A program made the translations under genes and the position numbers. This document shows positions 10,407 to 22,400 of a DNA stretch of 64,000 nucleotides, one piece after another (the stretch's first letter is position 1; the number at the start of each line of letters is the position of its first letter). The stretch comes from a virus, in the IMG/VR virus record IMGVR_UViG_3300000983_000001, positions 22,891-86,890 of that record; one strand, given 5' to 3'. Under the pieces are notes generated by a model. That model was not told where the DNA came from. It saw only the letters and a program-made list of their open reading frames with translations, and ran no database searches.

Positions 10407-13400
10407 ATGTTTGGAGACGGAGATAAAAATAAAAAGCAGAATAAAAATAATGCTTTAGATTTAACAACAGGTAAAATTGTAGAAGTTGAAGATAGGGTTG
10501 TAGTTATTAACCCTGCTACGGGAAAGATGTATAAGACTACAAATCCTTTACGTATTGACCACAGAGCAGGTACTATGAATGTTGATCCTGTCATGCAAGA
10601 GGAATTTGAGAATCTAGGTATTAATCCCACTCAAAATGTTCGTGAGGACATAGGGAAAACAATTATTGCGAAAAATAAACCTTTTTTGGATCAAGCAGGT
10701 AACGCAGTTAAACAGTTTGGTTATAATACTGTAGGTGGATTTGGTATGGCAGTTAGTGGCAACGATCTTGGGGCAGCTATTGATATTGCTAAAGGTGCTG
10801 AAAGAGAATATGAGAATGCTTTGTTTAAATGGTCAAATGATTTGATAAAAGAAGGTAAAGAGAAATACCCTATTTTTCAAGAAGCAGAAGGAGCAGTTAA
10901 TCCAGGTGATCCTAATTGGTGGTTACAGCATGGAGCAGATTTTGGTACGTCTGGTGGATTTGCTGCATATTCTGTTGCAGAGTCAGTTTTACTTGGTATA
11001 GCAACGGCTGAAACAGGTGGAGTTGGAGCTATCGCAAATCTAGCAAGTAAAGGTCAAAAGATAGCTAAAATTAGAGAATTAAGTGCAGCTAAAAAACTTA
11101 AAGACTATTTTAAAGCAAATAATAGCACAAAAGTAATAAGAAATCAAGCTTTATTAGGAGCTTCACAGGGTTACAGAGAGGGTTTAGTTGAATCTTATGA
11201 TTCCTACACAAGTATAAAAGAAGATTATTTAAAAAAGGGATATACAGAAGAAGATGCAAAAAAATATGCCTCTTTAGGTGCAGTTAAGACTTTTAGAACA
11301 GGTGTATTACCTAATATGATTTTAAATTCTGTCAGCCTTGCTGCAACTAGCTATAACCCTATCACTAAAAAATCTAAGGGTATATTAGATAGAAAAATTA
11401 AAAACCCTGTAGCTAAGGGTGTAGCCAATACTACGGCTGATATGGCTAATGAGTTCACTGAGGAGTTTATACAAAGTGCAGCACAAAAAGAGGGTCGTGC
11501 AGCAGCCGATTTAGCAGCAGGAGAGAAAGAAAAAGGAATAAGTTTAACTGAACATTTAACAGACGAAGAAAATTGGAATGCAGGGATAGGTGGAATATTT
11601 GGTTCAATAGGATTTAAAGGTTTAAGTTACCTTAAAAATAATAAAAATGCGAAATTACAAGATGCTCATTGGGCAGAAAAACATTCACAACACATAGAAG
11701 CTTTAAATAATAGAAGTTTAGGTTATTTAAAATCTATTAAAGAAGCCGAAGATAAAGAGGATTATGGTGAATCAATTAGATTACGTAGAGAAATGAACTC
11801 TCAAAACACCTTAAAATCTTTATATCTTGATGATGTCTCTGATAACGATAGTGGTTATAAAGGTCAAATGGCTTATTACGAAAATGTTTTAAACTACATT
11901 AATACTGGACAAACAGAGCTACTCGAAGAATTAAAAATTCAACCAGAGGATTACGATTTCATCAAAGAAAAATTTCCCATATATATAAAAGATAGCAAGA
12001 ACATTAAGAAACATTATGATATTGCTAAGGAAAGACATTCTTCAAATGCAGTTCTGCCTATAACAGAGAATAAACATGCATTAGATTTAATTAGAGAAAA
12101 AAGAGAATCAGTTAAACAAGATATTGAGGATATTAAGTCTAATAATGGCTATGATAAATTGTCTGTAAGTGGGCAAAATTATTTAGAGGATTCAAGCAGA
12201 TTTACTGATCTGTTGATAGCCTCAGAAAACACTTCAATAACAGAAGATCAAAAAAATGAGATAGATGAATTAAGAAAATCTTTATCTTATAGGAGAGAAC
12301 TAAGAGATCAAAAAATAGATTTAAAAAATGACCATGAAGATTTCCAATTATCTCAGGATTTAAGCAAAGACGATGACTTGATATGGGAGCTAAATAATAC
12401 TGATAAAGATGGTAAGACTATCAATTCGTTTGAAGACAAAACACCTAAAAATTTAGATTTTAATAATAGGTTATTAGGTAATTTAAACAAAGCTGAGAAA
12501 CAACTTCAAAAAAACATTAAATATTGGAGTGACCCTAAAAACCAAATAGCAGAAGCCAAAAAAGAAACTTTTAGACAAGTTGATGAAGCTGAGACAGTTC
12601 AAGAGTTGGAGCAAGCAGAACAGCAGTTGGAGCAACTTCAAGAAGCCACTGCCCCAAAGCAAAATGCAGAACAAGTTGATGAAGCTGAGATAGTTCAACC
12701 TAAAACAACTGAAACCCAAGAGATTGAACTTAAACAAGCAGAAGCCAAAGCAAGAAAAGAGGCTTTAGAGACTACCCAAAATACGGGTCAAAATGTAGAG
12801 ACACCTTCAATACCTAAACCAAAAAAGGGGAATTTGACTTTAGGTGACATATTAGCTAGTCAAGGTGATTTTGTAGGTTTATCAGAAGAAGGCAATTCAA
12901 ATGAAGATTTTGATAGATTAGATGCTATGTTTGGAGAAACACCAGATATAAATTTTAATGAAGATACAAATAATCTCGCAGGAGAAGAAGATCATTTAAC
13001 TTTTGACCCTGTAGAGTTTACCCCTGAGATAGAAGAAGATGAAAGATTAAACGATGCTGCTGATATAGTTAAAAAAACAAGAAAAAGATTAAGTCAAGAA
13101 TTAGGTAGAACTTCTACATTTAAAGATTATATTGAAAAATATATCTCATTAAAAGGTAAAGAGTCAGCCGACAAACTTTTTAATGTGTTTAAATGGTCTT
13201 GGCAAAAGAATAAATTTCAAAAAACAAATTTTGATAAAGTTTATGATCAAGTTTTTAATACTTACGAAGCTTTAACAGATAAATTAACAACTTTAGGTGA
13301 TGCTATTGTTGAACCAAATACACCTGATGTTGTAGAAAAAACTAATAATGATTTTATAAAAGAAATAATTATGCAAGAAAAACCAGTTGAAAAATTAGAC

Positions 13401-16400
13401 CAAAACAATCAACCTGTAAATACTCCTGTTAGCCATAATTTAATTACTCACACAGGTTTAAGAGCAGACTACGAATTAGCTCAGGTGGAAGACAATAAGC
13501 TCGTGGGAGAAATTGTACAAAATCCAGTAGCACTTTTTGACAGCGAAAATCTAAACTCTAAACAATTGTTAAACCCCGACAAGTTTAATTCTGGTACTCC
13601 TATGATGGTAGAAATACCTGATAATTATAGAGAGTTAAAAGTTCAGACTTGGGAAGATGCTTTAACTAAAGGTGAAGTTATGACTTTTCAAAATTGGATG
13701 GATAAAAATGATGTGAGTCGAGGTAGTCAAGAGTGGTTAGATAAAGTTCCAATGTTTGCCTATGAATTAGATAGTAATGGAGAAAAGGGGGAGGCTATTT
13801 TCAAAATTCACTCAACCGATAACTACAATTTAACAACAGTTGGTGAAGGTTATAAATCTCAATTAGAGATGATTGAGGAAGGTCGAGGTGAAATTAGTAA
13901 AATAAGACAAAATGTATTTGCAAATGATTCAACCGAAATAACCATAACTGAAAAAAGAATTGGTAGTTGGATAACCGTAGACGAACCTATAACTCTAAAT
14001 CAAGCAAACCCTGATAGTGTACTGGTTCTAGCTACTAAGACAGGTTTTCTTGTTAATGGTACAAATGAAAGATTTGAAACAAATGGAAGAGTTATACTTA
14101 ACAAAGATAAAAACTTTCGACCAGGTAGCATATATGATTTAAGAAAAGCAACTAACAAAAACGAGTATATTGCTTTTCAGGTTATACAACCATATTTAAG
14201 TAAAGAAAATATTGAAACTGCTGCGGATATAGTAAGTATTTATATGCACCAGTTGGATGTTAAAAACACTTATGGTAAAAGAAGTATTCACAAAGAACAA
14301 GCTAAAAAAATTGAGGATATAACCAAACTTAATATCGCCAGTGGTTATAAGTATGACGAAGAAGGTCAAACTTTTATGGATGATGATTTTGAGGAACTTT
14401 TGTTTTCTTTGGTTCGAGTTAAAACTTTTAGGGGTTTAAGTAGTATAGAAGACTTACCTCAATATTTAAATAAAACTTATATAAGCCCTAGTGGTGAAAC
14501 TGTTCCTTTAATTAAAAACGGAGAAGCTTATGTTATTAAAGTAGGTAAATCTCTTGCTATTGGGATTAAAGGTAAAAAAATAGGTAAAAAATTAGATTAT
14601 TTATTTTTAAACCCTTACATGGTAGCTAAAGGTAAAACTAAACCTTTTATAATTGATAATTTTCTAAAAGTTTTAAAAGAAGATGTCTTACCTAAAATAA
14701 GGCATAATATTAACAAAGATAGTCTTAGAAATAACAGAAAATCTGTTCAAATTTCAGATGGTGTTGTTTCCGAAGGTTCAAACTATAGAGATCACTTAAA
14801 AAATACTCTGCAAACGACAGTAAAATCTTTTAATGTTGGAACTAAAAATAAACCATTTTATGCAACAATTGTAAACCCAAAGATCAGTTTTAAAGTAAAA
14901 GGAGAAAACAAAAAAGAGACCTTTAAAGAACCTGTGTTAGAAGAAGATTTTTCAGATGTTGAACCTTTGGTTGGAGAAGAAAGTGTCCCTAGTGAAGTCT
15001 CAGAGGCTTTACAAGCACTAAAAGATTTAGGCATAGATTTAGATAGTCCCGATATACAAAATGATCTTGATGGAACAGGTATTAACACAGATGACTATTT
15101 AAGTCTTGCAACTTACACTAATTTAAATTATGAAAATATTAAAAGTAGTCGCAAAGCTGTACCTGAGTTAACCTCGCTTCAAAATTATGAGTTGGTTAAT
15201 TTTATTTTCAATAAAACAATTGAAGCACTTGGAACAACTAAAAAATCAAATAAACAAGATGTTCTAAGATTAATTAAAAAGTCTTATATGGATAACATAA
15301 GACCTATCAGAACTAAAAACAGACGTTTAATAAAAACCTTAGAGGGACAACCAAAATATGTTAATATTGTAAGTAGACTAAAAAAAGAAAATAAGGTATT
15401 TGAAGATATAAACAACAGTTGGACAGCAATTGAAACTCAGGCATTTGATAAAATCAGTAAATATTTTCCTGGTGTCAAAGAAGTTTATGATATAACAACA
15501 GATGAATATGAAGAAAAAGATCATAGTAAGATTTCATTGGAATTAAGTGGTAAAAATACCGCATCGAAAAGATTAAAAAAATTCTTAGTCGCAACTAAAG
15601 ATATAACAAGTAAAGGAGAAGTGAAAAGAGGTTATTTAGGTGTTGAAACTTATATAAGTTTTGACGAAGTATATAACAATATAGAGAAAATATTGTCTAC
15701 ACCCTATGAAATGCTATCTGATTTTGATTTAATGTTATTGAGACTTGAAGAAAATACCGAAGCCTATAAGTGGCTACCACAAGTAATTAATAAGCTTAAA
15801 AATGCACCTCAAAGAGTTAAAAACGAGTTTACTTATAATTTTGCTAGGCATACATTAAGTATGAAATTTATTATGTATTCTAAAGGTAAAGATGGTAAAT
15901 ATACTTTAAAAGTTTATGACACTAACGCAGGAGAAATAACGAGAACGATCAGAGAAGCATGGCAAAATAATTTAAAGGCTAAAAATTTAGTTGGACTCAA
16001 TGAAGATACAGGTTTGCACAATATAAATAAAGTGGAAGCACAAAAACTTTTATCAGAGTATAATGATTGGGTAAAATTGCATCAACTAGACTACAGTAAA
16101 ATAAAAAATGAAAAGTTATTAACTTGGTTAGATAAATTTGGTTTATCTTTGTCGGAGGAGACTTTAGACGAACTAAAAACTAACAACACAGAAATTATAA
16201 CTAACGAAGGTAAATCAAAAGTTGCTTTTAATTCTATGTTTGTTAAGGGACAAAATACACCTGGTATATTTGGTTTATTGGCAGATTACTTAGAGGGTAT
16301 TGTTAAAAAAGATAACACAGATTTTGATGAAAACCCATCTAATCATCCTTTTAATAATGCTAATAATGTGTTAAAAACTTTATCTAAAATTGAAAGTAAA

Positions 16401-19400
16401 TACTCAACTACCACGACTACTAACTCTTTTAGAGACGGCGGTAAATCTATATACGGATTTACACAATCTAAATATATAACAGATTCAGTCAGAAGATTAA
16501 AATATGACAATGATTATAAGCAAACCTTAAAAAGTAAATCTTTTAACGGAAAATCTTTTATATTAGATTTATTAATTAACTCGGAAGATTTTCAGAATAA
16601 ATTTGGTATTAGTCATGTTGGCATCAACGCTTTTAAGGAGTTAAATAAGAAATATTATGGTGTTTCTGAATTAACAGGTTTACCAGATAAAGACCAAGAA
16701 GGAGTTAAACTTGGTTTCTTTCAAGATATGAAACAGGGAACTTTAAGTGATACTATTGGTGATAGTATCAAGATGAGAATAGCAAAGATGTTTGTTCCCA
16801 CAATGTCGGACAAATCCCAAATGACAGTTTTAAATACGGCTGTTCTAAATATCAGAGATAAGCATTTTGATATAAGTCAAAAAGGAGAATTGAAAAATAA
16901 ATATAAATTTAAAAATGAATTAAAAGAAGTTTTATATGACCAGTTGATTTTACCAGAGTTAGATCGAATAGTTAATTTTAATTCTGTGGTTGAAAAAACT
17001 AATATAGCAGGTTATGATAAAGCTGCTAAATTATTCTTAATGTTTCCTCAACTGAGTAACCTAAAATATTTTGATAAAGATATAGGTAAAGATAAGCGTG
17101 TGATTTCTCTTATGGCATCTAACCCAACGAAATTTAATAAACGTTGGTTTGAAGATAACATAAAGGAAAAAGCCATAGATAGAATTATAAATATAATAAA
17201 AACAAAACATGAAGATAAATTAGCTCAATGGGAGAGAAATGAGTTTTTCACAAGAAAAAATGGAAATATAAGTCAAGTTAAATATTTAGATAACAGCTAT
17301 TTAAATACGATAGGGGGTGCTTTGACCACTAAGGTTGAAATAGCTGCTTTAGATTTTATTATAAATAGTATGATTAGTAATGCAAATGTTCACATGACAA
17401 TTGCAGGAGATATTGCTATGTATTCAAAAGATAAAATAGGAAAATATTTTAATGACGGAAATGTTATATCACCTAAAGATGAATATGGAGATGAGGCTTA
17501 TATTTTAGCTGTGAAAGATGTTATTGAACCAAATTTAGGTAAACGAATGGCTTTGCTTATTGCACCTGGTAACAAACTAGCAGGTTCAGACAGTAAAAAT
17601 GAAAAAAATAATAAATATGTTCAAATTTTTGTTAACGATTATAAAGTTGCAACTAAAAATATTGTAACTTTAGTTGATTTATATTATACCGCAGATGATG
17701 TTAAGATAGCTGAGGAGTTAGTGCAACAGTATGAAAATGCAACTACATTTGAGGGTAAAAAATTGGTAACAGAAAAATTAGGTAAATACTATCCTGAGAT
17801 TAAAGACTACTTTGACTTAGAAGCTACAGATGCCCAAGAATATACAACATCTGCTGAACACATAAATGTACTTTGGAAACAAGGTAGACTTGATGATGAC
17901 CAGTATGTATTAATTCAAGCTAAATTAAAAAGACAGTTTGAAGCAGAACAAAAAGGAAAGGAAATAAATAAGACAGATTTACTAAACTACCAAGAGCTAA
18001 AATTAATTTTGCAACCACTTAAACCAGTTCATGCAGGCTTTAAAGATGAGGTAGATTATGATTCAATGAGAATGGTTTATGTAAAATCTTCTTCTTTCCC
18101 TTTAATACCTCAATTAACAATTGGCACGGAATTAGATGGATTGCGAAAATTGTTAGAAAAATACGAAAAAAAGCGAGAAAAATTCGTAAGGGTAAGCTAT
18201 CAGTCTGCAAATAAAGTTGGAGCTAACACCAATTCTGTAAATCTTTTTAAACCTAATGGAGATTTTAATAATAAATTAACATTAGAGATGTTAGATAATG
18301 CTTCTCTCACTTTGGACAGAACTAATTTTAGAATACAACAGGATGTACCCTATAAAAGTGACAAAAAATATTCAGATAAAGTTTCTATTGGAACTCAGAC
18401 GTTAAAAATGTTGTTTGGGGACGGTATAACTGATATTGAAGCTAAAATATTTAATTTCAAAGGTAAAAAATATAATGGTAAAGGTTTATTGAAAATTTTT
18501 AATGGTAACTTTGAAAGTTATATACAAGAACAAAAAACCAACTTATTAGATGAATTAGGTGTAGATGAGTTTGGTAAACCTCTTGATCCTGTTAAGACCT
18601 TGACTAAGCTGCAAAATATCTTAAAAGATGAAGCAAACAAAAGAGGTTATCCAATACAAGATGTCGAAGCTTTAGGCTTGTCAACTAAACTAGATAAGCA
18701 CGGTAAAGTCGTGGATATTCAATTTGATTTGCCTCTTTGGTTAAGTCCCAATTCTAACCGATATGAGGCACTTTTAAACTCTATTGTCACTAATAGATTG
18801 GTCAATATAAAAGTACCAGGTTCTAGTTATGTAGTAGGCTCAGAAGCAGGTTTTAAAACTAAATCTTTAGGTGAAATACAAAACACAACCAAAATTGCAA
18901 GTACTATTTTTGAATTGAGACCTAATATATCTGATAAAGAGATTATAACCATATATAATAGGTATAAAAAATTAATGAATATAAAGAGGGAAGGTAAGCA
19001 TATGTCCTTTGATAATTTTCAGAAATTTTTGAAATCAAGCCAAGTTTTTAATTACAAAAACACTTATATTTTTGGTAATTATGACTATAAAAATGGTGTT
19101 TTTATAACTAGAGTTAATAGTTCTCCAACCAGTAAAGAGTTGTTAGCCGAAGCATTACCTAAGCTAGTTGAACAGGGTATAGATTTTGTTTCTTTTGTTC
19201 CAGAGGATTTAGCTAAAAAATATGTAAGAAGTGGTTACCATCAAAGTAAAAGTAGTTTTGCTTATAATTTTAAGGGTGAAGATATGGATAAATTTATGGT
19301 CACTTCACAAAAAAATATTGCTAATAAAATATTTAACAAAAATCTTGAAGAAATATCAGGAGAAGATATTAAACAATATAATAAAGAAATACCTTTTAAA

Positions 19401-22400
19401 TATCAACCCACAGAAATCACAGGTGATTTAATTGAACAGGCAGGTAAAGATTTAAATAAGATATTAGAAACCTATTTAAATCAATTTGGTATTGTTGTAA
19501 AAGACTTAAAAGAAATACAAGAAAACTTAAATGTTGATAGTTTAGGTTTTGCCGACATTTTATCAAAAGTAGCTTATACAAAAAACAAAGAAGATTTACC
19601 ACCAATTGCTGGAGAATTTATTGCATATATGATGCAGTATAACCCTTTAGTCTCAGAGATAATAAAAGAGTTATCTGAAACAAAAGATTATAAAGGTTTA
19701 GATAAAGCCGATTACTTTAAAATTATTGGAGAATTAATAGCAAAAGATTTATCAAATAAACTAGATGGAGACTACAAAAAAAGCCTATTAGATAAAATCA
19801 GAGAATTGGTGGCTTTGTTTTTTGATAAAATGAAAAGTGTTCCTACAAACACTATAAATGAAAATATTGGTATTATTTCTAATAACATACTTCAACAAAA
19901 CAAAAAACTTATTACAGCAAGTCTTTATAAGCCTGGTGCATTTGGTAAACCAACAAAACAAGTTTCATTAAGTGAAGCCAAAAATTCAGATTCTTTTGGT
20001 AAAATTATAATTGAGAATTTAGGGGCAAAAGGTTTTATTCTAACTGGCTCTACAGCACTTGGAGAACAAGGTACTATACAAAGACCTAATGAAAACTTAT
20101 TGCATGATATAGATTGGGTTTCACCTTTTAGTCGAAAAGAAACAAAAGAAAAGTTCTTAGATAGTTACCCCGATGCTATTTTTGTAAGAGCTATACCAAA
20201 TCAAGATTATACAACAGATTCTTATATAATCTCACCTGATGGCACTAAAATAATAGATTACAAAACTAAAAAAATAGGGGAAAAAATAATAATAGATTCT
20301 TACAATGTAGCCAATAAAAAAGGAGAAATAATAGGCACGTACAAATTAGAAAAAAATAAAGATAATAAATTAATAGAGAAAGTTACAGGTGTTGAAGCTA
20401 AAGTTATTGATTTTTTCAGCTATGAAAACTACAAAGGTTTAAAACCCTTTAATAAAGATGGTTTAAATTTATCAAACTGGAAATCAATTTTTCAAGCTAA
20501 GTTAGATTTTGCTAGATATAAAGATATTTGGGATTATAACAGATTTATTCCTAATGAAAATTTACCTTTTATAAAAAATAAAGATATTGACCAAAAACCA
20601 AATTTATCCAAAATAATTTACACCTCCGCTTGGACAGGATCACTAAAACCTGCGGAAATAATCGAAGGTAAATTAAAAAAAACCCAAGTTTTATTGCCAT
20701 CTAAGTTTAGAACTAATGAGGGAAAACTGATAAACTTTTTCGATGAAAATGGTAATCACAATGAAACTTATGTTAAAGTAGATAATAAAGGTAACTATAG
20801 ATTAAAAGAAGATAAAATTGATCCTGAATTACTTTCGTTGACCTCTTTTAGAATACCTACATCTGGACACGTTTCAATGTCCCAACTAGAAATAGTTGGG
20901 TTTTTACCTAAAGAAATGGGTGATCTTTTGATAGTGCCTGCAAACCTGACTGCTCAAAAAGGCTTAGATTTCGATATTGATAAGGAAACAACTTATCAGT
21001 ATAATACCTATGTAGATAAAGAGGGTAATATTCGTGTTTTATCTGAGGAACATAGAAATGAGATATTAGCTGATTCAGATAAAGAACTTCAAGAGCTAAA
21101 AGCTGCTGTAGAATCAGGAGAACAAGATGCAAAGCTGCTAATAGATATTTTTGGAGATGACATATTGAATGAAAACTACACAGAGGAAGATTTTAAAGCT
21201 AATAAACACCTTAAAAAAGTAAACAGTAAGCTTACCAGTAAAATACTGGAAAATGACTTTGTAGGGGTTCATCAAGCTATTTTAGGTAATTCGGATAAAA
21301 AGGTTCAGGGTAAAATTAACAAAGTTTTATCAATGGATTTTGCTAATTCACAAAAAGAATTAGTGAGAAGTGTAACCAAAAATTCAAAGGAATTAACTTC
21401 TTATACGTTGCTTGATGACACACACCAGAAAAATAAAATGGAACTCGGAGCATCTGGTAAACTAGGCATTGGTGTCTATTCCAACTATTCAGTTTTCGCC
21501 AGTTTAGTGCAACAAGCAGAAAATAAGCTTATATTAAAAGAGCAAATAAAGTTACCTTCTGGTAATGTCGTTAAAGATATAACCTTTAATTTAGGTAATA
21601 AATACTTTGATGGTAGGATAGGCAGAGTTAACTCTATATCAGGTAGGAGTATAGCCGAAGCATTTGCAGAACGACAAAATACCGCTACAGATAATGAGAA
21701 AGAACAAATAATGGGTTCACTTAATATAAATAGTGTAACTATTAATGTTGATTCTCTGTTAACTCTAATGGGTTTTGATAAAGATTCTTTTGAAATTACC
21801 AAAGAAGAATATTTAGAAAATCCTATCAGTGCAATAGTGAAAAAAGGTAAATATTACAGGGTAGTAAGTCTACCTTACATGTTTCTTAATCAACCAATCA
21901 TAAAAGAATATGTTGATAAAATCAGAAGAAGTAAATCTTTAATATCTAAATTTGATCCAGCGGCCGAAGCTAAAATTATTGCAGAATTAAAGGATAAATA
22001 TGGAGAAAAAGATAAAATTAAAATAGCCAATGAAAGAATGCTGACAGGTAAAAATCTTTTAGCTAATATCTCAGGTAAACCAGATGGAGGCATACAACTT
22101 CGGGTATTAGAGTTATTTTTGAAATTAGATAAGATAGCTAAGAAGGTAGCTAAAATACAGAAAACTCTTAATATTAACAATGGAGGTTTAGGTAAATCTT
22201 TTTTTGAGACTATCAATAAGTTTGACAAAATAAGAAATTTAAAACTGGATTATGATATAGTTGTGAGAAAGAGTGGTAAAATTAAAATGGAAGGTTCTTT
22301 TGCTATACAAAATATAAGCAGTTTAGTTGGAGATTATCGTTATTCAGATAAGGCTATAAAAGGTTTTGTTGATATGGGAGATGGAATATACATTAGACCA

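Noticed and set aside
18870-20600. Intein explanation for the vRNAP insertion
   Set aside because: No N-terminal Cys/Ser block A, no His-Asn followed by Cys/Ser/Thr, and no LAGLIDADG motifs are visible.
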